From an uncultured Dehalococcoidia bacterium (GTDB lineage Bacteria > Chloroflexota > Dehalococcoidia > DSTF01 > RBG-16-68-14): DNA of 64,000 nucleotides. The translations under genes were made by a program, and so were the position numbers. Of this stretch, positions 27,138 to 36,900 are shown in pieces. Every line of letters starts with the position of its first letter. Position 1 is the stretch's first letter. Where the stretch lies: the NCBI GenBank assembly GCA_964406605.1, contig CAYOSF010000004.1, positions 36,322 to 100,321 on the forward strand, written 5' to 3'. Under the pieces are notes generated by a model that was given only the letters and a program-made list of their open reading frames with translations, was not told the origin of the DNA and did no database searches.

Positions 27138-28664
27138 TTAGCGCCGGCGCAGGCGCAGCGCCGCGTACGCAGCGGCCGCCGCGAGGCCCGTAGCCGCAAG
27201 GGCGGCGATGGGCCAGATCGGCAGGCCGTCGCCGGGGCCGCCGCCGATGCCGGTAGACGGCGGCCGAATGACCCCCGCGGTCGCGGTCGGGACGGGCGTG
27301 GTCGACGCGGGCTCGAACTCGTAGGCGCCGATGTCGCAGACCGCGCTACCGTCGCCGTCGCCGTCGAGGGGGCGGGCGACGCCGCGCTGGTCGGTGTCGG
27401 GCGGCGGGCAGTCATCGCTCGCGGCGTCGATGGCGGGGCTTCCGGCGAGGAGGGCGGAAGTTCGGGTGGACCCGCCGTTGTCGGCGAGGTCGCCGAGCAA
27501 GGGATCGGCGTCGGTGATGTCGCTGGGGGCGGTCGGGCCGCACGCGAGCGGATAGAAGATGTTGTGGCCGGCGGACGCGATCGTGGCGCCGATGCAGTTG
27601 TTGCCGATGCGGGTGCCGTTGAAGGCGACGATCGTGTTCTTCAGCGTCGTGGTGCCGCCGCCGGAGATGCCCCCTCCCCGACCGATGGCCGTGTTCGATG
27701 CGACGGTAGCGTGGTTGAGCATCGCCGATCCGGTATTGAAGAGGCCGGCGCCATCGCTGTTGGCGAGATTGCCTCCAATCGTGACGTTGGTGAGCGACAT
27801 GGCAGCGCCGTTGAAGATGCCGCCGCCGTCATCGCCGATGTTGCCGGCGAAGGTACTGTCACGGATGGTGACCGTGCCCGCATCGTTGTAGAGCCCGCCG
27901 CCGTTCGCGCTGAAGGCCGTGTTGCCGTTGCCGCTGATGGTACTGTCGGTGAGCATGAGGGAGCCGTTGTTTGCGATCCCGCCGCCGTTCGCGCTGTAAG
28001 CCGTGTTGCCGTTGCGGCTGACGGTACTGTCGGTGAGCGTGAGGGAGCCGTTGTTTGCGATCCCGCCGCCGTCGAAGGCGGAGTTCCCGCTGACGACGAC
28101 ATGGACAAGCGCCAGCACGCCGTTGTTCAAGACGCCGCCGCCGTCGTTGGGAGCGTTCCCTTTCCGGAGGGTCACGCCGGCGATCTGCACCGAGATACCG
28201 TCGGATGCAGGATCGACGTGGAAGGCGCGGTCGACGCCGCCCATGTCAATGACGGTGTCGGCCGCCCCTGCGCCCGTAATAGTGAGGTCACCCGTCGTGA
28301 CGTCCAGGTCGCCGTCGGCGGCGTCGTCGGGCGTGCCGTCCGGCGGGATACGCAGCATGTAGGTGCCCGGCCCGAGCAAGATGGCATCCGGACCGGGGGC
28401 CGTGTTGGCGTCGATGATCGCCTCCCGCAGGGAGCAGTCACCCGGCGCGCAGCCGTCGGGGGCGGGATCGTCGAACCTCGTAACCTCGAAGCCGGTCGCT
28501 GCGGCCGGCTGCCGGCCGCCCGGCATGACCAGCACAAGAGCGGCAACGGCAAGGCCGAACGCGACCAATGCGAGAAGTCGGGGAACGGCAGGGGTCAAAC
28601 GGGACGTGGGCGTGCCTCCTTGTACGTCTCGACCTGGGCGGGAGCTTACTCCGCGGTCGAGCAA
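27138..28664 (-). CDS. Secreted right-handed beta-helix protein with CSLREA domain and C-terminal hydrophobic anchor plus Arg tail
   Basis: CSLREAIIDAN motif, many NxGxL / GGG beta-helix repeats, N-terminal signal/TM, C-terminal …WPIAALAATGLAAAAAYAALRLRRR. Confidence 0.6.
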   Translation of the reverse strand: MLDRGVSSRPGRDVQGGTPTSRLTPAVPRLLALVAFGLAVAALVLVMPGGRQPAAATGFEVTRFDDPAPDGCAPGDCSLREAIIDANTAPGPDAILLGPGTYMLRIPPDGTPDDAADGDLDVTTGDLTITGAGAADTVIDMGGVDRAFHVDPASDGISVQIAGVTLRKGNAPNDGGGVLNNGVLALVHVVVSGNSAFDGGGIANNGSLTLTDSTVSRNGNTAYSANGGGIANNGSLMLTDSTISGNGNTAFSANGGGLYNDAGTVTIRDSTFAGNIGDDGGGIFNGAAMSLTNVTIGGNLANSDGAGLFNTGSAMLNHATVASNTAIGRGGGISGGGTTTLKNTIVAFNGTRIGNNCIGATIASAGHNIFYPLACGPTAPSDITDADPLLGDLADNGGSTRTSALLAGSPAIDAASDDCPPPDTDQRGVARPLDGDGDGSAVCDIGAYEFEPASTTPVPTATAGVIRPPSTGIGGGPGDGLPIWPIAALAATGLAAAAAYAALRLRRR

Positions 28665-28912
28665 CGGTCAATGGCCCGATCTGCATTGTAGGCGCCCCGC
28701 GTTCCAGAGGCTCGGCCTTATCCGCGGGCCGCGGGGGCGGCTTGTAGGAGAGCTGCTGGTGGCGACCTTCAGGTCGCCGCTACGGAGGAAGGGAAAGCTG
28801 TCAGGCTGAAGCTCCTCCCAAGGCGGACGCGGCTGACCCGCGAGGAGAGATGAGAGGTGGGTTGGCCCCCTGAGAGGGGGACAGATGGCCATGCGCCGCA
28901 CCAGCCGCTAGG

Positions 28913-29719
28913 ATGGGTGCCATGATGGATGCTCCTAGCCCGGGCGTGGGCGGGTTCTACCTGGACGGCGAGCCGCAGCTATCGCCGGAGCGTGCCGTGG
29001 CCGAGCGGTGCGAGCGTCAGGGGATCACGTTGGACCAGATGGGGGTGAAGCCGTCGGTGGTGGCGACGTTCTTCCCGCAACTCACCACGTATCTCGCCCA
29101 GCGAAGCGGCGCGACTCGGTCCGAGCACTGGTGGCCGGAGATGGACAGCCGCGCGCTCTTCACGGCGGACGGCGGGGTGTCCATCGCGACGCTGGACGTC
29201 GGCGCGCCGGGCGCGTGCTTGATCTTCGAGGAGCTGATCGCGTGCGGGGCGAGGAATATCGTGGTGGTGGGGGCGGCCGGGAGCCTGCAGCACCACCTGC
29301 CTATCGGGTCGGTCGTGGTGCCGACAAGGACCGTGCGAGAGGAAGGCACGTCCTACCACTACCTGCCGCCGGAAGCGCCGGCCGAGGCGTCCGCGGGCGT
29401 GCTCGGCGCGCTGCGGGCCGCCTGGCGCGGGTCGGGCGAGATGCGGGAGGGCCTGCACTGGACCACGGACGCGCCCTATCGAGAACACAAGGAGAAGGTC
29501 GCCGCCTTCCGCGAGGCCGGCGTTCTCTCGGTCGACATGGAGGTGTCGGCGCTGTACGCGGTTGCGCAGCACCGGGGCGCGTCGTGCGCGGCCATTCTCG
29601 CGATATCGGACGAGCTGTACGAACCGTGGCGGATCGGCTTCTACGGGGAGGAGTTCCAGCGCGCGATCGTGCGGTGCGGGCTGGCCGCGTTGGAGGCGGC
29701 GACGCAGGTGGCGACCTGA
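28913..29719 (+). CDS. Nucleoside phosphorylase family protein (PNP_UDP_1 fold)
   Basis: NIVVVGAAGSL … SVDMEVSALYAVAQ blocks characteristic of the PNP/MTAN superfamily. Confidence 0.55.
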   Translation: MGAMMDAPSPGVGGFYLDGEPQLSPERAVAERCERQGITLDQMGVKPSVVATFFPQLTTYLAQRSGATRSEHWWPEMDSRALFTADGGVSIATLDVGAPGACLIFEELIACGARNIVVVGAAGSLQHHLPIGSVVVPTRTVREEGTSYHYLPPEAPAEASAGVLGALRAAWRGSGEMREGLHWTTDAPYREHKEKVAAFREAGVLSVDMEVSALYAVAQHRGASCAAILAISDELYEPWRIGFYGEEFQRAIVRCGLAALEAATQVAT

Positions 29720-29834
29720 AGGTGGCCGCTACGGGGATACGACAAGGGGGCGGGGCGCGTCAGGCTGAAGCTCTTCCAGAGGCGGACGCGGCTGAACCGC
29801 GCGAAGACGAGCGGAGGTGGGAAGACCGGCGTCG

Positions 29835-30716
29835 TCAGGTCGCTTCGTCGACGCGCAGGAAGAAGTCGAGCATTGCCTGCCATGTCTCTTCGTTGTTGCC
29901 GGCCATGAGCCCGTGCTGGGCGCCGGGCAGGATGCGTAGCTCGGAGTTCGGGATGCCCTCGTGAAGCCGGTGCGCGCCGGCTACCGGTACGACGCTGTCG
30001 GCGTCCCCGTGGATGATGAAGGCCGGCATCGTTATCTCGGAAAGGCGGGCCGTCAGGTCGGATTCGAGGTAGGCGGAGTAGTTGCGCGTCTCGCCCGCGT
30101 ACCAGCGTATGCGCTCCTCTCGGGATGTGTTCTTGATCAGATTCTGGAGCAGCTCCCGGCGTGCGAGAAACTCGGTGACCTGTTCCGGCGTGGCCGTCTT
30201 CACGGCGTCCGCCAGCATCGTTTCCAGCCCCATCGCCGGCTGCGACTTGCGTGCCTCGTAGGCCGCCTCACTTCCCTCGCGCTCCAGGAAGGCCACGCGT
30301 TCGCGTAGCCCCTCGGTGGGCGGTCCCTCCGGGATCAGCCGGGGCGCGGTATTGACCAGCGCGAGCGCCTTCACCGTCTCCGGGTACCTGAGGACATAGG
30401 TGAGGGCGATCGGCCCGCCGGCGGAAGCGCCGATGAGGTGGCTTCTCTCGATGCCGAGATCGCGCAGGAGCCCGCGGAGGTCTTCGGCGAAGCTCTCGAG
30501 GGAGTAACCGTCGTCGGCGTATTCCGACCGGCCCGCCGACCGCCGGTCGTAGGTGATCACGGTGTAGCGCCGCGCGAACAGATCGACCCAGGGCTCCGGC
30601 TGCGGGTCGAGCGTGGAGGCGATCCCGCCGAAGCCGCCGTGAACGAAGGCAACGGGGAACCCCCGGCCCGCCACCTCGTAGTGCATCTCGAAGCCGTTGA
30701 TGGTCTTCCTTGGCAT
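29835..30716 (-). CDS. Alpha/beta-hydrolase fold protein
   Basis: HGGFGG…SHLIGASAGG (GxSxG nucleophile elbow)…C-terminal His region. Start at MPRKTINGFEMHYE. Confidence 0.7.
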   Translation of the reverse strand: MPRKTINGFEMHYEVAGRGFPVAFVHGGFGGIASTLDPQPEPWVDLFARRYTVITYDRRSAGRSEYADDGYSLESFAEDLRGLLRDLGIERSHLIGASAGGPIALTYVLRYPETVKALALVNTAPRLIPEGPPTEGLRERVAFLEREGSEAAYEARKSQPAMGLETMLADAVKTATPEQVTEFLARRELLQNLIKNTSREERIRWYAGETRNYSAYLESDLTARLSEITMPAFIIHGDADSVVPVAGAHRLHEGIPNSELRILPGAQHGLMAGNNEETWQAMLDFFLRVDEAT

Positions 30717-30772
30717 CGGTTCACCTCCGCTGCGTGCCGGCGACAATCCCCTGCGGCGCCGGTGCCTTCAGC

Positions 30773-31375
30773 TCAGGTAGGCCGGCGCTCGTGCTCCCTG
30801 ATGGAAGAGAGGAACTCTCGAACTTCCCGCATGGAGCGTAGCACAACGACATCCGCATGGTGCGAGATCTCGCGGAGTGATTCGGTGATGCCGCGAACGT
30901 GGGCCCGCCAATGGGTGATGCACCACAGCAGGATCGAGTCCCTGCTCATGAAGGTCATGCGCCAGGACTCGTAGTTCGTTCCCCAGAGGGACTCCCCTGT
31001 CCAGGCCCTGGTCACCGTCCGCTTGAACAGCCGCCAGAAGACCAGAGGAAAGGGCAGGCGCAGCCAGACGACCGTCTCGACCTTGGGCAGCACGATGTCG
31101 CGTATGGTGCGATAGTTCCCGTCGCACACCCAGCCATCGGAATGGCGGGCCAGGCGCTCTGCGATCTTCTCTCTGAACTCGTCCTCCGGTGTGGGCTCCC
31201 AGTTGGGCCGGTGGAAGAGAGCGTCCAGCTCGATCACCGGGAGGCCGAGCAGGCGGCCAAGCTCACGCGAAACCGTGGTCTTGCCGGACCCGGTCGGGCC
31301 GTACACGGCGATCCGCCTTCCCAGCACGGTGGGAAGCGAGGTTTCTCGCACAGCCTGAACTTCTCTTGAGGTCAT
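30773..31375 (-). CDS. P-loop NTPase, adenylate-kinase-like (topology-modulation-protein-type)
   Basis: VYGPTGSGKTT Walker A. Size and layout as in small AAA/NMP-kinase-like proteins. Confidence 0.5.
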   Translation of the reverse strand: MTSREVQAVRETSLPTVLGRRIAVYGPTGSGKTTVSRELGRLLGLPVIELDALFHRPNWEPTPEDEFREKIAERLARHSDGWVCDGNYRTIRDIVLPKVETVVWLRLPFPLVFWRLFKRTVTRAWTGESLWGTNYESWRMTFMSRDSILLWCITHWRAHVRGITESLREISHHADVVVLRSMREVREFLSSIREHERRPT

Positions 31376-31568
31376 TGCGACATGTCGATGCCTTGACAAT
31401 CTAGAAGGACGTACCCGGACGGAGAACCAGATCTCATTGTACGACGGCGACCGCCGGGATGGGAGCGCTCTCTGTATCATCCGGGTGCGGCACGCTGTCG
31501 CCCAGTGGTATCATCCAGTACCCCTAGCACCGATGTGCCTTCGCAGGCAGAAAGGACAGGCCGACGAG

Positions 31569-32750
31569 ATGGGCGCCCACATAGACTACCCGGCGAGGCT
31601 GAAGAAGATCCAGAACGGGATGGATGACCAGGCCATCGATATCCTGGTCGCGACACGGCTGAGCACGGTGGGCTACGTCTTCGGCGCTTTCGTCCCCTGG
31701 CGGGGTATCGGCGTGATACCGAAGGACGGGGAACCGGAGCTGTACGTACTGGCGCTCGACGCGGAACGCGTCAAAGACGACAGCTTCTTCAAGGACGTGA
31801 AGCCGGTGGGACCGCTGCCCGGGCTGCTGATGTGGGACCAGGTCGTCTCATCGGTGCGCGCGAGGGGCGCCGAACGGGGCACGATCGGGGTGGAGCTCGG
31901 CCATTCGCCCATCAGGATCGAGACGTTCCTGCTCGCGAGCGAGGACGAGATCCTCCGCAACGCCTTCCCGGATGCCTCCTTCAAGAGCGCGACGCCGATG
32001 CTGAACGAGATCTTCCTGTTGAAGGAGGAGGCGGAGATCGCGCTCTTCCGGCGGGCGGCCGAGATCTGCGACCTGGGCATGGCGGCCGTTCTCGACGAGA
32101 TAGAAGTGGGCATGAGCGAGACGGAGGTCGCCGGTATCGCGGAGTACGCCATGCGGGAGGCCGGCAGCGAGCTGAACTGGACCTTCACCGGCGGGCAGGA
32201 GATAGGCTCCGGCTACCGCTCAGCGTACGGCTGGGGCGGCTGCACGCCGCCGACGCGGAAGCGGATCCAGCCGGGGGACAACGTGGTGCTCGATCTGCAC
32301 TGCATGTACGAGCTGTACCTCGGGGACGTGTCGAGGAACGCCATCATGGGCGATCCCACGTCGGAACAGGAAGAGCTGTCATCGGCCTTCGTGGCCATCT
32401 GCAACCACCTGCTGGAGAATCTGAAGCCGGGGGTGACGCTCGGTGAGGTCGCACAGAAGGTGGATGCCATGATCGACGAAGGGGGATGGCGGCAGTATGC
32501 GCTGCCCGGCTACGGCCACGGCATCGGTATCCTCGGGAACGAGTGGTACCCGGCCATCGCGCAGTCGACCGCCGACTACGAGTCGAGCGCCGACCTGGTG
32601 CTCAAGCCGAACATGGTGGAGATCGCGGCGATCGTGCTGAACAAGCCCGGCATCGGAGGCTTGAGGATGGAGACGCCCGTGCTGATCACCGAGGACGGCA
32701 GCGAGTCGCTCAGCAAGTCACCGTTCCAGCCGGCGATCATCGAGATCTAG
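31569..32750 (+). CDS. M24-family metallopeptidase (Xaa-Pro aminopeptidase/creatinase fold)
   Basis: N-terminal creatinase-like domain plus C-terminal pita-bread fold blocks (…DLHCMYELYLGDVSRN…GYGHGIG…). Confidence 0.7.
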   Translation: MGAHIDYPARLKKIQNGMDDQAIDILVATRLSTVGYVFGAFVPWRGIGVIPKDGEPELYVLALDAERVKDDSFFKDVKPVGPLPGLLMWDQVVSSVRARGAERGTIGVELGHSPIRIETFLLASEDEILRNAFPDASFKSATPMLNEIFLLKEEAEIALFRRAAEICDLGMAAVLDEIEVGMSETEVAGIAEYAMREAGSELNWTFTGGQEIGSGYRSAYGWGGCTPPTRKRIQPGDNVVLDLHCMYELYLGDVSRNAIMGDPTSEQEELSSAFVAICNHLLENLKPGVTLGEVAQKVDAMIDEGGWRQYALPGYGHGIGILGNEWYPAIAQSTADYESSADLVLKPNMVEIAAIVLNKPGIGGLRMETPVLITEDGSESLSKSPFQPAIIEI

Positions 32751-32799
32751 TGCGGCTCCAAGTTGATTCCCGCGAATGTCGGGGGCGAGGCGGGCTGCG

Positions 32800-32905
32800 G
32801 CCGTGCGAGGTCCCTCCCTCACCCCCTTCCCCTCTCCCTCGTGCGCGAGGGCGAGGGGTGGCCCTTCCGCAGAAGGGCCGGTGTGAGGGAATACCGGAAG
32901 AAGGC
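32800..32905. repeat. Family-1 C-type unit (CCCTCACCCCCTTCCCCTCTCCCTCGTGCGCGAGGGCGAGGGG)
   Basis: Sequence similarity to units at 9396-9452 and 20490-20540. Confidence 0.6.
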
Positions 32906-32971
32906 CGCCGGGTTGACGGCTGGGAGAGGAACACCTGCGCGTCCCGGCGATACTGAGGAAAGGAGATTCAG

Positions 32972-33442
32972 ATGGCTTTGACGCTGAAAGGAAGCGTCGA
33001 ACTGGTGGACGGGATGACCTTCGAGGGAACATCCGGGTCCGGCCACACCACGTTGATGGATGCCGAGCCAGGTGCGGGCGGGCAGGAGCGGGGAGCGCGC
33101 CCCATGGAGGTGGTGCTCCTGGCCTTCGGGGGATGCACGGGGATGGACGTGATCTCCATCCTTCGCAAGATGCGGCAGGAGGTGAGCGGGTACGAAGTGC
33201 GGCTGGTGGGCGAGCGCACGGAGGAGCAGCCAACGGTATTCACCGACGTCACCGTCGAGCACGTCGTGCGCGGCCGCAACCTGAACGTGGCCAACGTGCG
33301 GCGCGCGGTCGAGCTTTCGGCCACACGCTACTGTCCGGTGGCGGCGATGCTGCGGAAGGGGGGAGTGAACGTGGCGGACAGCTACCGCGTCATCGACGAG
33401 GCGACCGGGCAGGAGGACGCGGGCCCGGTCGAGATCGCGTGA
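32972..33442 (+). CDS. OsmC/Ohr-family peroxiredoxin-like protein
   Basis: …LLAFGGCTGMDVISILRKM…ELSATRYCPVAAML, two conserved Cys blocks of OsmC. Confidence 0.75.
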   Translation: MALTLKGSVELVDGMTFEGTSGSGHTTLMDAEPGAGGQERGARPMEVVLLAFGGCTGMDVISILRKMRQEVSGYEVRLVGERTEEQPTVFTDVTVEHVVRGRNLNVANVRRAVELSATRYCPVAAMLRKGGVNVADSYRVIDEATGQEDAGPVEIA

Positions 33443-34494
33443 CGGGACGTCCTTTGCTGGCCCCATTGCCATCGCAGCCGAAAGGCGTAGCGTGGCCGAC
33501 CGAGGAGTGGCCGGAATCCGAGCCGCCGCCCGGCGTGGACCGGGATGCGCTCAGCGCGCTGCTCGACGCGACGTTCGCCGAGCCACAGCCGCCCACGACC
33601 GCGCAGACCAACGACCTGATCGTCGTCCACCGAGGCCGCATCGTGGCGGAGCGATACGCGGCGGGGCTGGGGCCGGAGGACCCGCAGCCGTCGTGGTCGA
33701 TGGCCAAGAGCATGCTGCACGCGGCGGTAGGGACCCTGGTGCGCGAGGGGCGGCTCGACGTGAGCAAGCCGGCGGCGGTGCCGGAATGGCAGGGGGAGGG
33801 AGACCCGCGGGCCGCGATCGCCCTCGACTCGCTCCTGCACATGACCTCCGGCCTCCGGTTCTGCGAGGACTACGTGGACGAGCAGATCTCGGACACGATC
33901 CAGATGCTCTTCCGAGGGGGCGCGGAAGACACGGCGGCGTTCGCAGCCTCCTTCCCGCTCGACCATGAGCCGGACACCGTGTTCAACTACTCGAGCGGCA
34001 CCAGCAACATCATCTCGGGGATCGTCAAGCGGATCGTCGGCGCGGGAGACGAGTACCTGGCCTTCCTGCGGCGCGAGCTCTTCGACCGGATAGGGATGAG
34101 GAGCGCTGACCCCAGGTTCGACGGATCGGGTACCTGGATCGGCTCGTCCTTCTGCTTCTGCAGGCCGCGGGACTTCGCGCGCTTCGGGCTCCTCTATCTG
34201 CGGGACGGCGTGTGGGAGGGGAAGCGCGTCCTGCCGGAGGGCTGGGTTGACTACGGACGCACGCCCGCGCCCGTACAGCCCGAGGAGGAGGACGACCGGG
34301 GATACGGCGCCCACTGGTGGCTGCTCAACGACGACCTGGGGACGTTCTTCGCCAGCGGCTACTTCGGCCAGTATGTGTTCCTGGTGCCGCCGCTCGACCT
34401 GATCATCGTCCGCAACGGCAACACGCCGGAGGAGCGACGGACGCACGTGGTGGAGCTCGTACGGCGCATCACGGACTTGTTCCGCGAGGCCTGA
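33439..34494 (+). CDS. Serine hydrolase of the beta-lactamase/transpeptidase-like family
   Basis: SWSMAKS (SxxK)…YSSG…full-length class C/esterase-like similarity. GTG start overlaps the OsmC stop. Confidence 0.65.
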   Translation: MTGRPLLAPLPSQPKGVAWPTEEWPESEPPPGVDRDALSALLDATFAEPQPPTTAQTNDLIVVHRGRIVAERYAAGLGPEDPQPSWSMAKSMLHAAVGTLVREGRLDVSKPAAVPEWQGEGDPRAAIALDSLLHMTSGLRFCEDYVDEQISDTIQMLFRGGAEDTAAFAASFPLDHEPDTVFNYSSGTSNIISGIVKRIVGAGDEYLAFLRRELFDRIGMRSADPRFDGSGTWIGSSFCFCRPRDFARFGLLYLRDGVWEGKRVLPEGWVDYGRTPAPVQPEEEDDRGYGAHWWLLNDDLGTFFASGYFGQYVFLVPPLDLIIVRNGNTPEERRTHVVELVRRITDLFREA

Positions 34495-34658
34495 GGAGGG
34501 GTCCGGCGGGACCGCGTCGACGCCGAAGCAAGCGAGGCAAGAGGCCATCGAGGATGCTGCGTCGCGATTCCGAGGACCCTTCGCTGACGGGAGCCGACGT
34601 TCCATGTTAGACTTCTGGATTCGGAGCGGGTCGTGAAAGAACCAGCGAGGAGTGGAGC

Positions 34659-35327
34659 ATGGTAGGAGCGGAAGCAGGGAGGACGCCCCAGGATTCGGTC
34701 GACGTAAGGGGCAAGACGATCACGACCTTCATCCTGTATGAGGCGGCGACGAAACTGCAGGGGATGAAGGAAGGGGACGTGCTGGAGATACTGACCGACC
34801 CCTTCGAACCGATAGAGAACGACATCCAGGCGTGGTGCCGGATGACGGGCCACGTTCTGGCCGGCACGCAGAAGGAGCCGGACAGCGAACGGTACTACAT
34901 CCAGAAGGGAGCGCCCAAGAAGGAGGGGCACAAACTGGCGATGGTCGTCTCAGATCCCGGCCTGGAGGAACTGCTGTCGCCGCTCGGATTCGCTCTCGGG
35001 GCCGCCCTGGCGGGAACGGAAGTGGCCATCTATTTCCAGGGTCCGGCCGTGAGGGTGCTGACAAAAGGCTTCAAGGCGAGACTGAAAGGCATAGGCAGGT
35101 TCTTCAGCAGCTTCGCCCAACGCGGAATGGCCGCCACGGGCCACATTCCGCCACAGGAGAAGCTCAGGCAGCTTCGGGAGCTGGGTGCGCAGTTCTACAT
35201 CTGCGGTCCGTCGATGGAGCACTTCGGCGTCAAGAAGGACGAGCTCGCGTTCGACGACGTGGTCATGGCCGAATACGTGACGCTCGTCGAGGTGATGAAC
35301 GGGGCGGACACCCACATCTACGTGTAG
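34659..35327 (+). CDS. TusA-like / DsrE-like fusion protein (sulfur-relay-type folds)
   Basis: N-terminal TusA-like two-layer sandwich region (no CPxP Cys), C-terminal DsrE/DsrF-like region (…ICGPSMEHFGV). Confidence 0.45.
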   Translation: MVGAEAGRTPQDSVDVRGKTITTFILYEAATKLQGMKEGDVLEILTDPFEPIENDIQAWCRMTGHVLAGTQKEPDSERYYIQKGAPKKEGHKLAMVVSDPGLEELLSPLGFALGAALAGTEVAIYFQGPAVRVLTKGFKARLKGIGRFFSSFAQRGMAATGHIPPQEKLRQLRELGAQFYICGPSMEHFGVKKDELAFDDVVMAEYVTLVEVMNGADTHIYV

Positions 35328-35483
35328 CGGGCACGCCGCCCGGGCAGTACGCCCGGAGCGGAACGGACAACGTCATTCCATCTGCTTAGGGTGGCGTCGA
35401 CCGGTTGGGCGTTGGCGGTTGCGCGGGGCCGCTCTGAGAGGTGGAGCCCGACAGCGGAGGAGGAAGTGGGAGAGGAGACCTGG

Positions 35484-35792
35484 CTAGGCAGCCTTGCCGG
35501 GGTTCTCCATGAGCAGCCGCAGGCGCGCGTCCACCGCGGACCGAGTCGCCCTAAGGGCATTGGCAGTGGGGTCGCCTCGATCCTCGTCGGACGGTGCGTC
35601 TTGCTCAGGGTCGAGTTGATGGCTGACCGGGTCGACTACGCCGGCCGCGCTAGGTCCTGAGGCCTCTTTAGCAGGCCCGCCGCGCGCGGCGCCGGTATCC
35701 GCGCTATCGGGCTGGACTCTGTCGCGAGGCTGGCTCGCTATCGCCCAGCCGATCAGGCCGAGAACCATCCCGACGAAAGTGATCCTGCGCAT
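35484..35792 (-). CDS. Small hypothetical membrane-anchored protein
   Basis: N-terminal TM (ITFVGMVLGLIGWAIA) followed by disordered acidic region. Weak support. Confidence 0.25.
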   Translation of the reverse strand: MRRITFVGMVLGLIGWAIASQPRDRVQPDSADTGAARGGPAKEASGPSAAGVVDPVSHQLDPEQDAPSDEDRGDPTANALRATRSAVDARLRLLMENPGKAA

Positions 35793-36011
35793 CGATACAC
35801 TCTCCCCAATCGTACTATCGACATCTTCCGAGTGAGTCCGAACGGGCGCGGGGAAAAGGGGGTGTTGCGGCAGGGCCGGCCGTTGCGTGTGGCCTGCGGG
35901 GGAGACCGTCAGAGATGGCCGTCGGCAGGCAATCCGCCGTGCTGACGGGCGGCGCGCCGCTGGTATAATCGGCGTATCCTACACCGCGGGACGGTCGAAA
36001 TCCGAAACGCC

Positions 36012-36812
36012 ATGTCCAAGCTGACGACGAAGACACGTCCTTTCTCTGAGCCCGCGGTCGACCTCGAGTACTCCATCCGCGATCTGCACTTCGGTGAGGG
36101 ACGAGATCACCGATTCCTGGCCGAGCGCACAGAGGAGGTTCTGGTCGAGGAGATGGCGCGCCCAGGCACGAGGGCGCTGGACGTGGGCTGCGGCACCGGG
36201 CAGCAGGCGGCACGTCTGGGAAGGCGGGGCGTGGCGGCCTGGGGGGTGGAGCCTTCACTGGAGATGCTGGACCTCAGCCGCATGCTCTACCCACCGGGCC
36301 GGGTGGTGCTCGTCCGGGGGATCGCGGAGGCGCTGCCGCTCAGGGACGGGAGCTTCGACCAGGTGGTGTGCCGCTGCGCGCTTGACCATTTCGTCAATCC
36401 GCGGGCCTTCATCCGGGAGGCCGAGCGCGTGCTGCGGCCGGACGGCCGCCTGATCATCGCGCTGAACAACTACGGCAGCCTGACCAGCCGGTTCGTCTGG
36501 CTGCTGCATCACATCGGGCGGATGCTCTACGGCCGGTCGCCGGTGGGACGCCGTCGCCTGTGGGAGCCGCCGTCCGATCACAACTACCGGAGCGATATCT
36601 CCTTCGCGCGCGGGTTGGGCGGGAGTCGGCTGCGGCTGGAGCGGTGCTACGGCGTCTCGATGCTCTGGGGGTTCCCCGGCTGGGAACCCTTCGTGGGCGC
36701 TCTGCCCTCCGCTCTCGCGAGGGCGCTGCTCATGACGGCGGACCGGATCGCGCGGCGGACGCCGGCGGTGGCGGATATCATCGTTACCGTCTGGCGGCCG
36801 CGAGCGGAGTGA
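36012..36812 (+). CDS. Class I SAM-dependent methyltransferase
   Basis: LDVGCGTGQQA motif I …RVLRPDGRLI. Confidence 0.7.
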   Translation: MSKLTTKTRPFSEPAVDLEYSIRDLHFGEGRDHRFLAERTEEVLVEEMARPGTRALDVGCGTGQQAARLGRRGVAAWGVEPSLEMLDLSRMLYPPGRVVLVRGIAEALPLRDGSFDQVVCRCALDHFVNPRAFIREAERVLRPDGRLIIALNNYGSLTSRFVWLLHHIGRMLYGRSPVGRRRLWEPPSDHNYRSDISFARGLGGSRLRLERCYGVSMLWGFPGWEPFVGALPSALARALLMTADRIARRTPAVADIIVTVWRPRAE

Positions 36813-36900
36813 AGCCGAGAACCGTCCGGTTCGGCCGGAGAACAGGCCTCAGCCCGCCGGTCCCTGCGTTCGGCCCGGGTCGCGCCGGGGGCGGAGGCGT

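Noticed and set aside
26766-28691. 641-aa plus-strand ORF
   Set aside because: Antisense of the CSLREA beta-helix gene. Gly/Arg/Ala-rich low-complexity translation. No motifs.
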